Shown piece after piece: positions 1-10,870 of a stretch of 39,259 nucleotides of DNA. The translations under genes were made by a program, and so were the position numbers. Each line of letters starts with the position of its first letter. Position 1 is the first letter of the stretch. Source of the stretch: Halocafeteria seosinensis (lineage: Eukaryota); assembly GCA_001687465.1 (NCBI GenBank), contig LVLI01000673.1, forward strand, positions 1-39,259, written 5' to 3'. Below the pieces are notes generated by a model. It saw nothing but the letters and a program-made list of their open reading frames with translations, did no database searches and was not told the origin of the DNA.

Positions 1-877
1 TTGTTTGTTGTTGTATACGTTTGAAGAACCCAATGATGGGATAAAAGAGAAGCTGTTTAAGCAAGGCCTGGAACTCAACAATGGGGTGACTCGGTTTGGT
101 ACGGCGTTAATCGAAGACACTTTAAGAGAGGAAGATTCGCAGAGGCGCTCGTTTGATGCTTTGCGCCACAGTTCCGCGAAGGCTCAGAAGTCGTTTTCAA
201 AATGGCGCAGCACCGCGAGTCGAGTAATTTCTGCTAGTGTCGCCAAAATAAAAGATGTATCCCATGAAAACCCCGAAGTCTCCAGTACCGGTATTTCTTC
301 TAGTCATGGGCATCTAAGAGGCTCATGGCGGGCCGGCTCCGCTCTCCCTCCAGCAGACTCCGTGTCAGCCTCTCAAGGAAGACTTAGAGTGACACTCAGA
401 CAAGGTGCCTTCCTCACCCAGTTAAATGCTTCACCCGGGACGTCAATTTTTGGGGATGTCAATCAAAACCAAAAGCTTGTATTGAAAGACTATTTTAAGT
501 ATATACAGAACAAGCGTAGTCCTTCTCGGATAGAGGTGTGTGCGTTTTTAGCCCAAGATTGCTCTTCACCGTCCATGGCTCCGATATGGATCTTAATATC
601 CGCTGACGTTTTGTTGGTGATGGAGGATCCTGGTCTCGCTGATGAGCAATGGAAAAAAGCAGTAAGCAAATTTCTATCAACTGAGAGTAAAGTGGAGCTG
701 CGCATCCCACTCTCATCTCTAAGAGAACTGCTATTTAAGAAGCATAGCTCCTCGATACTGACGTTGACTTACATGTCAGAAAACGGACAAGAGTCTGGAC
801 TGACCTTGCAGCTGAAAAATTGCCGTCTATTTTATGAAGAGATTTCAAATCGTGTACAATGTGGAGAAGGTAACTGA
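1..877 (+). CDS. 3' part of a gene entering the window; C-terminal PH-like domain, possibly TBC1D23-like
   Basis: Open frame from the window edge to TGA at 875-877. The segment VELRIPLSSLRELLFKKHSSSILTLTY resembles, from memory, the TBC1D23 C-terminal PH-like signature; family assignment is tentative. Confidence 0.4.
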   Translation, partial: CLLLYTFEEPNDGIKEKLFKQGLELNNGVTRFGTALIEDTLREEDSQRRSFDALRHSSAKAQKSFSKWRSTASRVISASVAKIKDVSHENPEVSSTGISSSHGHLRGSWRAGSALPPADSVSASQGRLRVTLRQGAFLTQLNASPGTSIFGDVNQNQKLVLKDYFKYIQNKRSPSRIEVCAFLAQDCSSPSMAPIWILISADVLLVMEDPGLADEQWKKAVSKFLSTESKVELRIPLSSLRELLFKKHSSSILTLTYMSENGQESGLTLQLKNCRLFYEEISNRVQCGEGN

Positions 878-1685
878 GGAGAATGATTCACTGGGAATTA
901 CAATTACACACTTGTGTTGTCGGATAGATCAGTAGAAAGGGAAGTGGTAACGAACATGCAGCTTACGCTTTCAAACTCCCATAATTGGCACAGAGCCCGT
1001 TAATTCTGGACTAACCGTACATAAAGCGTGTTGCTGTACATGGCTAGCCCTGCTGTGGATAGCAATGTATCATCTTGAAACGGATCGGGTCGAACTTCCT
1101 GACACAATCACCGACAACTTTGCTTTCAATTTTGGAACAAACTTGGAGACATGTGTTGCCTCTGTTCCGCGAAAACACTTCTAGAGGCCTTGGCTCTGCG
1201 TGCATTGCCGACCTCCGACGGACGCGAACTCAAGGCTATTTAAGAAACGCCAACGCACACACCAAGAAAGAAGAACAGTGTAAGTCAGTGCAAGTCAGAG
1301 GATGACTGCACATCTGTGATGAATTTAGACAGCCACTCCAGTGTTTTTATCGAACGACAAGCATCAACTCAATAGGCGCTTCAAATAATACTGGCCAGAA
1401 AGGCTGCTCAAAATGAGCTGAAGCAACCCAAAACAAAGGATGAAGTCCGACCCAGACACGAATGCGGCAACGCTAAGGCGATGCAAGCTAATAGTAGCCT
1501 GTGGCGGGCGCAATGCTTTGTTTCTGGAGTAGGAGATTTACCAAATATGACCCCGGAAAAACGTAGCAGAAGTAAGTCCACTTTCGTAGCGTTTGCAAGA
1601 AGATGAGGTACATGATGAGACTCACTTCCGGTCTGTCGACAATTTGGAGCAGTCGATTGGTTGATAGACCTTCCACAGCAACCAT

Positions 1686-2500
1686 TTACGACATTTGAGA
1701 ACCTACAATGAACCGTCGCCGCGAGGCTCCGATTTGGATTGAGAACCAGCTTAGGAAGTCTCTATTGCTTCCAGCCATTGTCGCACGGTCTTGGCCATCA
1801 CTTGACTGCAACAGTGTAATCACAGGAGCGCCAGACGGTGACAATATTTTTTGGGGCAATATTGTCCGCACATTGCAGCAATGGGGTATCCCCATCCGAA
1901 AGGAACCTCCGGTGGCTGAACAATCACGAGATAATGTGGATAATCTTAGAATTCTCATCCGGTGCCACGCTGCTATTTTTGGGCGTTTTCCATCCGTTGG
2001 TCTATACAAAGCTCCCATAAACAGGATAATAATACCAAGGCAATGGAACAGGACAAACTCAAAATGCAGACGTTTGGTGGCTTTAGTAGGAAGGCAGAGG
2101 AATTTCTCCAAGGTCTTTCGCAGTGCGAGCCTTGCCTGAGGGTTTGGGATCCACACCGGTTTGCTCGTCGCCTCCGCTTTCGATTGGGTTGTCAACTCAT
2201 GAAGCGGGTTGCTGATGACATTTTGGCTTTTGGTGTGGATGTAGGTGGCAGTTGCTCTCCCGAGCCTGGGCCTCCAGCCGCTTCCATTCCCAACTTAGAC
2301 AACGAGATGGCCGAGAGAGCAGCCTGCTACTCCACCACAGTGTTCGTAGCGACTGCAATAGGCATGGTCACAAAACTGTAGGTACCGCATGATCTTCCTC
2401 CACTTCTGTAAACACAGCCGCCCCGATGAAAGCAAGCCCGGGATTCCCACGTGAAGCGCCATCAAACCGCACTAGAAGAGTAGATCCCTCATCATGCGGA
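1686..2500 (-). mobile_element. Decayed RNase H domain plus downstream region, probable non-LTR retrotransposon relic
   Basis: Minus strand reads LLVRFDGASRGNPGLAFIGAAVF (F codon 2466-2464), then after a frameshift ATNTVVE*QAALSAI (TAG 2329-2327 where RNase H has EY), then YIHTKSQNVIS (TDS-like) and LHFEFVLFHCLGI (FVxxHCG-like). Several frameshifts and stops. Confidence 0.7.
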
Positions 2501-2600
2501 CCTCAATTTTGAAGACCCAACTCACCTCCAAATTGCTGGTTCTGAGGGAACTCCAAAGCATCACCGACAGTCGCGATCCTTTTCGTTCTGGATAGACAAA

Positions 2601-2612
2601 CCCTAACCCTAA
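2601..2612 (+). repeat. Interstitial telomere-like motif (CCCTAA)2 / telo-box
   Basis: aaaccctaaccctaacc at 2598-2614; a reverse TTAGGGTTAG occurs at 11378-11387. Confidence 0.4.
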
Positions 2613-3311
2613 CCTGAGTATTAGACTGAAAAGACACTGGAGTCTTGAAATTGACTGGAAACCTTAGATATTGACCACGTAAACTTACGCAAACGGGCCC
2701 TTTGGAAGCCTCTACTTTGCTCAGTCGTCACTCACGGGGAAAGGGAGAAATGGAACGTATAATTGTAGTTGGACTCGCAATGATATTATCTATCGAATGG
2801 TCGTGCCTGCGTGTTATCGTATTAGTTGTGGAATGAGATCCATTTTTGGCGATCTTCATTTTTTACTTGGGACCCGCACGGGTCAAATGTCCGAAATTCC
2901 ATATATGTATGTGAATACGTGTCTGTCTGTCTGTGTGTGTCTGTGTGATGGGCAAGTACAGTGTAGTTGTCAAGTACAATAACTATCAGAGCGACTCCGC
3001 TTCCGGTTTCTATCTGTAATGAAATTCAATAAAGAGGACAAATTAGCAATGACAATAAGTTGGATGGCAGGGCAACGACAACTTATTGCTGGACGGCCTG
3101 CTTCATTGCTGCTCCCTGCTGGGACGACTTAGGAAGCCCACCAAAAACGTCGGAGCTACTTGTAACTTCATAATGACAGAGAGGCTAAAGTCTCTCCTAC
3201 CATCTATCGCGTAAGTGACACACCAATACACATACACACACATATATATATATGATCTCAGCTACCACTTAAGCACTCAACCGCACCAAATATCTATGGG
3301 TGAGTGGAAAC

Positions 3312-3830
3312 TTACCTACCTGGTATCTCGTGCGCGCATACTTTCCTGATCAAAGCACACAGCGTGTCGGTCAGCGAAAGCATTTGAAGGCCCACTTTCT
3401 CCGTCAAAGAGGTAAAGATACCGGCTTCCGACTCTCTCCACTCTTTAATCCTCCGTCTCATTTCGTCCCTCTCATCGGGAGGGTACAATTCCTTGAGCCG
3501 TTTCCGTTCATACGCATCGCAGGCCTCACGGTCACCCAAAAGGAAACAAGCAACCATGACATTATGATTCACCTCATTTTGTTGGACGTCAGTAAGGACC
3601 TCATTCGTTTCCTCCTGACATAGAAGCGCTTCCACTTTCTTAATATTTTCTGACGCTATACGTCTCTTTCTATCCAAACATTTTTTAATCTCTTTGGGGA
3701 AGGTAGTCTGCTGCATCTGCTCAGCTGCGTGGTTCATTTTGCATTCGTCGGGTATAAACCAATCAGGAATCGCTTTCACTGCTTTGGATAGTACCAACTT
3801 TGGCGCTTCTTCTGGAGTTGCAGCTGACAT
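3312..3830 (-). CDS. Hypothetical protein exon (gene model uncertain)
   Basis: About 170 codons from ATG 3830 (MSAATPEEAPK…), charged helical composition, ending next to donor-like GTAGGTAAGT. No motif recognised. Confidence 0.4.
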   Translation of the reverse strand: MSAATPEEAPKLVLSKAVKAIPDWFIPDECKMNHAAEQMQQTTFPKEIKKCLDRKRRIASENIKKVEALLCQEETNEVLTDVQQNEVNHNVMVACFLLGDREACDAYERKRLKELYPPDERDEMRRRIKEWRESEAGIFTSLTEKVGLQMLSLTDTLCALIRKVCAHEIPGR

Positions 3831-4736
3831 TCTGGCGCTATTGTCAAATGAGTTGGTGTTTTTAAACGTGTAGCTAACTAACTTCTGCTGTCCCCGAAAG
3901 TTAGGTGAGAGTAAATTCAAAAGAGTCGAACAACAACAAAACAGATTGTGGAGAGGCCCTACTAACTACCTGGTGTGGTAATAAAGCTTCAGCGCAAATG
4001 GTTTGCTTGCTTCTCCGTCGTGAAACAAGTTCCTGTACAGCCTTTCGATAGACAATCGAAGCAAAGCTTGTGTAGTCGCGGTTGGAGTGAAGTCAAGTTG
4101 AGCTTCATACTGGTTTGTTCCCGTATCCCTGCTCTTCTGTTCAACAAAGCGGCGCTTGATGGTTTCCAGCTCACTGCCAGCCCCCCTCCCGCGGTTTCAT
4201 GAGAATACGAAGCAGCCATACAACTGTACTGTGTCCCGGTATGTACAGTAGATTCTTCTCGCGAGTGAAGCTTTCCACAGCCGTCCGTCGGGTTTTTGTG
4301 CAACCAGCTCTGCTTTAATATGCTTTTTCTTTCCTGACGGTATATGTGCCTTTCTCCGTGTGCATTCAAACAGAGTCACAATGATGTCAAAGTTGGCCGG
4401 TTCATCAGGAGATTTTCAGCTGAGACAGCTTCCAGAGAGCTTCAAGTAGTTACTGTATTGTTTGCCTCTAAATTCAAACTAACACATCTCTGTTTAACAG
4501 TGGTGTGTGAATAACGTTATGTGAATGCTCTCGATAGCTGCGCTAAGCTCCCTCGCTGCTCCCAGCTGGGAACCCCAGGTCTAAGCCCAAACACGTTTCT
4601 AGGGTAAAAAACTGTGTGGTAAATGCCATACCGCTCCCACACTTCAGCAGATCTGTATCGAAGTGCGAAGCCGATATGCACGATGATTCTTATTATTGCC
4701 GTATCGAAAACCGTTGGCTTGGTTCCTGAACTTCCA

Positions 4737-4804
4737 CACACACAAATGTGACAGATAGCCCACCGGCCGGGAAGTTGACCACATCCTCTTAACGAGGAGC
4801 GGTA
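4737..4804 (-). mobile_element. Family A retroposon 3' fragment (68 bp)
   Basis: Reverse complement TACCGCTCCTCGTTAAGAGGATGTGGTCAACTTCCCGGCCGGTGGGCTATCTGTCACATT(TG)n; flanking direct repeat TTCCA at 4732-4736 and 4805-4809. Confidence 0.85.
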
Positions 4805-6260
4805 TTCCAGCTGGCTGTGTTGGCTACGAAGTTGCCCGTGGCTGCAGCAGAATTGTGACGAGGAGACGGTGTCAACAACTGTTTCAGTATTTATTAGTTT
4901 TTTATAATAGCTGTGACAGTCTTTTCTATGACCAGTACCCTTTATATTATTAGTTATATATGGGTCTCAAGTATTCCCGGTTCTAACTGGAAATAAGCTT
5001 GGACTCCCTCGTAGTCTTCAGTAGTTCGCTCCTCAAACGTTTCAAACTCCTTGCTGATAAACGGCTGTATACGAGTAGAGCTCATTGGAATAGCCCACTA
5101 CTCATCAGCCCGTCACACATGTACCACCAAAGGTATGTCACAGCAGCAGAATGCACCTTCGAGGAACCAGCTCCAATAACCTAAAGCTACGTCAAACGAC
5201 TTAGTTTCATTCTGCAGTATTCGCCAAGTACAACGATTGCGAATCTTGAGAATGTGTAACATGCCACTCACGGCGAAAATCTTAATACCGGAGTCTGACA
5301 CAACCACAAAACTGCGGAACTGTTCTAGCGGCGATACGGGTGGAGTGCTTACACTACACAGTAAAAGGAAAGAAAAACCAACTCCTAGTCTCTAAGAGCT
5401 TCGAAAATCCCAACACTCACATTCCAAGTCGACAGTGCGCGCCAAACTGACGAGGAACCGACTGGGTGCCGACCCAATCTCTGCCATTCAATGGACCGTC
5501 CTCTGGATTCCAACCCCATACACCCGTTCTCGATTGACTGGGTCGTAAAACGACTTGCATGCATACCTGTAAGACGCCACCAGTTTTGGCTCATGGAACA
5601 TCTTAAAGGCCGACCATACTTGTCGTAGCATGCGCTGGAAGCAATCAATACGTAATACCACTCCCATATACAGTACAGTGTATTGATGTTTCTCACAAAC
5701 GGAGAAGCACTGGCAAATAGTACATCCTCATACTTCCAATGGGTGAAGTCCGGCGAAGAGTACAACACTATTTGTGCTTTCTGATCTGTTGTAACCGCAA
5801 ACGAAATAAACCGTCTTTGTTTTTTACTCTCCCACCACGCAGTGCTCGGATCCCGACACTGCGCCGTCGTCCCTCCTGGTTGTACCATACGACCAGCGTA
5901 GATACTGTGTGAACACATCCAAACGCTCCTGTGAATCGACAATACGTACCTGGAGGTGCCTGTGAAATGAAGGGGATTATTGTCATCCTTGTACCATTCT
6001 CGTAAATATGAATCCGATACATTCTTCGGCACTGCAGTGTGTTGGTTTCGCGCATTGACGCACGTGAAGGAAATGACCGGAAATCCATTGACTATCGTGA
6101 TCGACCCTGAAAAAACGCCCGTGCTATCGTATTCCTTGTCGGGGGCAAGGGCCACCGGCATATGCCGCCACGTGCTCAAGTCCTCAGAAACAACATGACC
6201 CCACTGCAAGGAAGACCTTTTGCCGCTGCCGACGGCCCGGGATCGAATGAACGAATGAAT

Positions 6261-6274
6261 ACACACACATATGT
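6261..6274 (-). mobile_element. Family A ultra-short 3' tip (14 bp)
   Basis: Minus strand ACATATGTGTGTGT matches the family terminus; flanked by GAATGAAT at 6253-6260 and 6275-6282. It sits in GAAT-like low-complexity sequence. Confidence 0.5.
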
Positions 6275-6304
6275 GAATGAATGGGTGAATCCATGCCCAC
6301 GTGC

Positions 6305-6690
6305 TGGGCTATGTTGACGAAACTGAGGTGGACGGAATTCTTGGGGAGCCACCTCCCTCGTCAGGTGGTGGCTTGTCATTGGCCACGACTGTTGAGTCTG
6401 GACCAACACTTAATCCTGCCTGCGCTGCTGCAATCGGTCCTGGCGTCGCTGTGGCAGGTTCAGGGCCTTCTCATTCCAGACTGAGCCTTGACGGTACCCC
6501 TGACATCGTTGGCGCAGGAATGGCGCTTCCTCCGATGCCTCCTGAGCAAAACCAGTGTTGCGTTCCCTTACGGCGCATGTCAGCAAGGCTGCAGGAACAG
6601 CGGGCCCGAAGCTGCTTAACACGGGCGGATACCGCTCCTAGTTAAGAGGATGCGGTCAACTCCCCGGCCAGTGGGCTATCTGGTGTGTGT
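6305..6690 (+). mobile_element. Family A retroposon, long copy (386 bp): ORF C-terminus + short 3'UTR + (TG)n tail
   Basis: Homologous to 35826-36220; TSD CGTGC at 6300-6304 and 6691-6695; open frame ends …RRMSARLQEQRARSCLTRADTAPS*. Confidence 0.9.
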
Positions 6691-7189
6691 CGTGCATATC
6701 TTCCCATACACTGGGGCGTTGGGGTTGTGCTGGAGGAACAGGTGATGGTGATAGACGCCCTTCCAATACAGCATTGTTTCCTGTGCAAACCCAAGCCTAT
6801 ACCGAATCAATCTTTCTTTCTATCTCGTAAGCGCTACAGTATTGTAGTCCTCCCGGCCTGTTGTGATCAATAATACCTGCAAAACGAAGCTCATTTTGTA
6901 ATACGGGTACAATATGTATGCTCATCATAGCGGTCCACCGTGGAACCGTTGCCACCACCAGTATGAACAGTGCATTCATTCGATAACTCCTACCATTTGT
7001 ATTTGTGTACGCACGACTTCTTCTTGTGGAATCTTTTGAGGCTCGGTCGGGATTCCACCAAGGTTGAAGTGGATGTACAAGCCTGTATGTATTGTTGTAC
7101 CTCCTGAGCCGTAGCGTATCCTGGTAGTACTACACTGTCGTAGTGCTGCCTTGAATTGTTACAGTACCATCAATCAATCACGGTGGGTC

Positions 7190-10100
7190 ATGGAGAAGGA
7201 GAAAGTGGTGCGCAAGACCCGCGTGGTGACGGCTGTCTTTGGCCCCGGGAGCGCCGTTCTGACGCGTGAAACAGGCAAACATGCTCGAATGACAGCGCAA
7301 TGCAAGGCTTCACTGCCTCCCGAGCATGTCCTCGACACCATCTGGCAGGATGATTGGGGAGCTCCGACACGCTTCTATGGGGGGCAAGAGGAATCACCGT
7401 CCACGAAATCCCACAAACCTCGCAAGAGCCAATCCCTCAGTGAATGGGTCAATGCCTTGGGAGCGCATGTTTTCCCCGAGGACATCACTGTTCAACAATC
7501 CCACGACGACCCCCAGGGACGACCACAGGAGGAATACCGAAGCCGAATTCACTCGTTTGGATGTAATACGGCAATTAATTTTTATGGAACGTGCCTCACA
7601 CGGTACTTGCCCGTGGATCCCGGTTCTCCTTCGGCTGGGTTCTTCAAACTAATCGAGGGGCTAAAGAACGTCGAGGAAGCATCAGAGCCCGATGTGTCTG
7701 AATATCTCGAAAACTGCGCGACGGAATTGGCCGAACCTGTAGCCATTGTGGTCCTATCAAGCCGGCCACTCGCTGACTTGTGGAAGCCAATACTCTCAAC
7801 GCTCGACTCGATGATTCCCCCACAAGCCTCCATGGATGAGATCGTATCGGAATGGCTTCCTACGCTTCACAAGGCCATCGTCAACAATCGATGTTTGGGA
7901 TGCCGCTTACCAATTCCTTCCCAGTGCACGGGCAACATCAAACCGAAAGGCGACTCAGACCATGAGGATGATGAACAAGGGCTACTACATTGTTCTGAAA
8001 TATCCTCAACCGGGGAAGGCTGTTTGCATCCTCATATAATCGAACTGCAAGAGAAAGAGTTTATGATACCTCCTCTACGCCCTCATTATTGGGAATGCCC
8101 AAAGCATGCTTGGCGTTGCCCAAAGTGTGAATGTAAATGCAGGCCAACATCATTCCACGCGGGACACGTTTTGCCTAGGAATATTGTCAGTAAAAGGTGC
8201 CTCCGATGCACAGCTGAAGAAGAGGAGACTATGATACCGGAAGAGCAATTAAGTGGGGACTTGTTTCGTGAGTTTGTTTGTGACGACCGCTCCGTTTGCG
8301 CCGACTTGCTAGATGGCCCTGCCCTAACGACTCATAAGAATCTTTCGGAAACTTACAATAACTTAAGAGATACGCAACGTAAACATTTCCAGTTTATGTT
8401 TTGCAAATCTGGTACTCCGAGGAATACTCTACCTCGTTCAGATATCGATGAAATGGCGCTACTTAGTCAGATGGATCCGTACAAGATCATCCTAATGTAT
8501 AACGCATTCTTGGTAGGAAAGAACGTGATTATCATCTGTGATCATTTGGAGCTTGCATATGATTGTGTTATGGCCCTTAGCTCCCTTGTATGGCCGTTGA
8601 AACCTCCCATTCCTGGCACGGTTAGTCCTAAAGGGTTTGGGCTGGAATTCTTCATGGGCAGGCAGTATATTTTCTCGCTACCCCGGGAGCGGCTTCGTCA
8701 TATTGGCTACCTATGTCAAGGAGAGGACTACGATGGAAATGAAGAGGACTATCCTGATTGTTCATGTGCAGGAATGGATGAAACCTACGCGGTCTTGGAG
8801 AATGCACTTTGGCAAGGAGAGGAAGCTCCGGAACCGAATTTTTTCCTGGCTGATGTAGACAGAAATGACGTTTCCTATAGGGCAGTTGATCCAGAAGCCT
8901 TTTTGGCGGTACGGCACAGTATTTTTCTCTACGAGAGGATTTGTCGTGACTGTCCCTTATTCCCTCATGTGCAAATTGGTTCACCGTTGCCTCCCCATCC
9001 ACCGCTGTTGCATGCCGAGGCCCATCCGCAGGGAGTAAAGCAGTTCGTTGCAGAAAAGATCGAGCATGTTAGCCTGCTCTTTCGCGACTGGCCATTACGG
9101 TTACTAAAGCGCGAAATACTCAGCTCAATCGGACACGACAACTTACGACGCCGTGTCCAGGATAATCCGAATAAGGACGTTCATGGAATTGACAACGTTA
9201 AAGGTTGGAATGTAATAAAGAATCAGTCGTTTTATGACTTCCATCAGACCGAAGGAGTTGTAGCTCTCCCATTTATATTTGGAGAAACAGAGAACCTATA
9301 CCTTTGTGATCGGTTCGCCAAATCTCAGCCTGATGTTGCGTACGAGTTTGTCCGCATGTCGGAGCACCTTAAGTCCTTGAAAGACAACCGGAGTAGTAAC
9401 ATTAGCTATTCGAAAGGCGTTGCCCGCGCCATTGACTCTGACGACGAGATGTTTGAAACTTTTGAAATATCGCCTTCTGAATCTGGTTACTTTCAGCTCT
9501 TGAGTCCATGGGAACTGTGGCGAAGCCACGAGGTTAACGTAGGAGACTTAGAAAGGCAGGAGGCTCTTGAACAATTGTGGAGTCGTTTCTGCGAAAGCAC
9601 AGAGGAAACCGACCTTCCTCCATGGTCTCCTTTTACTTATCCCCGCACCCCAGACATCAGCTTTTGTAATGTGAGAATGGCATTTCTATCCGTGTTTGTC
9701 TCCTTATTCAAGGCTTTTCGATATTATATTAATTTCCCAGCGGATCTTACTCCTGGGACTGAAGCGGGTAATTACCACAGGTCTCGACTGCTGAATGAAA
9801 GAGTATCCTCATACGCCAGCGACAAAAGAGGGGGTCTAATGGACGAGTCGAACCACAGGAGCATCTCTGTAGAAGGATGTCCCTGCAACCATGGTGTTGG
9901 TAATGAATACCAACATTCTCGACATACTGAACAAAAACGATCTGTGGCGAGCACTGCGCAGGTATGCGATACGGAAGATACAAAAACACCTCGTCCCCTG
10001 ACTAAAATAGCCTCCTCTCCCACCATAAGCAAAGATTCAGATGGTGCTGCTGAGCGTAAACGAGCGCTGTCATCTCACACTGACTGGTCCCAGTTTCTGT

Positions 10101-10870
10101 CGGAACATCCTGACTTGGTCTCAACCGAATCCTCTGACCCTAACCGTGAAAATAAGGTGGATCAGCGCATTGCGAGGGACCGATTTGTCTCCTCACAAAG
10201 CAGGCACGGTGACCAGAAGCTTCTGCAACGCGCCGTAGCCAGCGCTCAGTTCGAACAGTTCTGTATCACTCGGTTCGCAGAAGAACGTCCCTTTGACGAG
10301 ATCGATAGAGGTGGGATAGATATTTTTGATGACCTATGTTTCTCTGCTCTAAGTAAGCGTGAACGCCGGCAAAGTAACATGAAAAATAGGCCGTACTGGG
10401 GGTTTCTCTATAAAGCGATTGCGGGGACCAAGTGCAAATCCGTTAAGCACCGCTACTTTACATTGTACGGGAATGTGTTGTGCTACTTCAAAGTCGATGA
10501 CGAGCTATACAGAGCGCTGGAAAGTGTCCGACAGGAGCGTCACTATCCTTGGGAGAATGAAGTAGTAAAATCTAGATACCGAGGTCGCTTTGAACTAAGG
10601 CCCAGAGAAACGTACCTGCAGGTTCCTTCATTCAGCGAGACGACAGTAAATACTCAGACCGCATATCCGTTTCAGGTTATAAATAGTGACGGGAACGCTT
10701 TAACTTTGTACGCAAAGGATTCCAGACAACGAGTTGCCTGGATCGAACATATAAATGCCCGACTCAAATTGGATGCAGAACTGACAAAAACTCTATATTA
10801 TAAGAGTAGAGATGACAGACTCGCTCGTCGACTGCGTGTTAGCTCCGATTCCTCGAAGCCGCTGGTGTAG
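7190..10870 (+). CDS. DENN-domain Rab GEF with C-terminal PH domain (apparently single exon)
   Basis: uDENN HSF…FYGTCL; cDENN AIVVLSSRP and LPRSD…YNAFLVGKNVIIIC…SLVWPLK; dDENN VRMAFLSVFVSLFKAFRYYI…FEQF; PH GFLYK…RYFTL…LCYFK…YPFQV…RVAWIEHI. First ATG at 7190. Confidence 0.85.
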   Translation: MEKEKVVRKTRVVTAVFGPGSAVLTRETGKHARMTAQCKASLPPEHVLDTIWQDDWGAPTRFYGGQEESPSTKSHKPRKSQSLSEWVNALGAHVFPEDITVQQSHDDPQGRPQEEYRSRIHSFGCNTAINFYGTCLTRYLPVDPGSPSAGFFKLIEGLKNVEEASEPDVSEYLENCATELAEPVAIVVLSSRPLADLWKPILSTLDSMIPPQASMDEIVSEWLPTLHKAIVNNRCLGCRLPIPSQCTGNIKPKGDSDHEDDEQGLLHCSEISSTGEGCLHPHIIELQEKEFMIPPLRPHYWECPKHAWRCPKCECKCRPTSFHAGHVLPRNIVSKRCLRCTAEEEETMIPEEQLSGDLFREFVCDDRSVCADLLDGPALTTHKNLSETYNNLRDTQRKHFQFMFCKSGTPRNTLPRSDIDEMALLSQMDPYKIILMYNAFLVGKNVIIICDHLELAYDCVMALSSLVWPLKPPIPGTVSPKGFGLEFFMGRQYIFSLPRERLRHIGYLCQGEDYDGNEEDYPDCSCAGMDETYAVLENALWQGEEAPEPNFFLADVDRNDVSYRAVDPEAFLAVRHSIFLYERICRDCPLFPHVQIGSPLPPHPPLLHAEAHPQGVKQFVAEKIEHVSLLFRDWPLRLLKREILSSIGHDNLRRRVQDNPNKDVHGIDNVKGWNVIKNQSFYDFHQTEGVVALPFIFGETENLYLCDRFAKSQPDVAYEFVRMSEHLKSLKDNRSSNISYSKGVARAIDSDDEMFETFEISPSESGYFQLLSPWELWRSHEVNVGDLERQEALEQLWSRFCESTEETDLPPWSPFTYPRTPDISFCNVRMAFLSVFVSLFKAFRYYINFPADLTPGTEAGNYHRSRLLNERVSSYASDKRGGLMDESNHRSISVEGCPCNHGVGNEYQHSRHTEQKRSVASTAQVCDTEDTKTPRPLTKIASSPTISKDSDGAAERKRALSSHTDWSQFLSEHPDLVSTESSDPNRENKVDQRIARDRFVSSQSRHGDQKLLQRAVASAQFEQFCITRFAEERPFDEIDRGGIDIFDDLCFSALSKRERRQSNMKNRPYWGFLYKAIAGTKCKSVKHRYFTLYGNVLCYFKVDDELYRALESVRQERHYPWENEVVKSRYRGRFELRPRETYLQVPSFSETTVNTQTAYPFQVINSDGNALTLYAKDSRQRVAWIEHINARLKLDAELTKTLYYKSRDDRLARRLRVSSDSSKPLV

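Larger units (their letters stand above)
5250..6979 (-). pseudogene. GH32 beta-fructofuranosidase/invertase pseudogene interrupted by a retroposon
   Basis: Signal-peptide-like MNALFILVVAT, then MLYWKGVYHHHLFLQHNP, MH|WGHVVSEDLSTW, FSGS, CRDP, WE. No WMNDPNG nucleophile motif found, frameshift before MH, collapsed C-terminus, insertion at 6305-6690. Lower boundary is approximate. Confidence 0.85.

Noticed and set aside
2327..2329. TAG reassigned to Tyr at the conserved RNase H EY position
   Set aside because: The same relic has frameshifts, and intact genes here (DENN, PTP4A, DYRK1, POLE) end in TAG.
1708..2381. Plus-strand ORFs 1708-2139 and 1962-2381, and the many ORFs antisense to DENN, DYRK1, POLE and eIF4B
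   Set aside because: Shadow frames of opposite-strand coding sequence or of the RNase H relic.
2598..2614. Chromosome end or telomere-targeted insertion
   Set aside because: Only two units, internal position, and no consistent orientation relative to the retroelement relics.
6305..6690. Fanzor/TnpB omega-RNA or IS200/605-like right end for family A
   Set aside because: No RuvC ORF seen; variable TSDs, 5' truncation and a microsatellite tail fit TPRT better.
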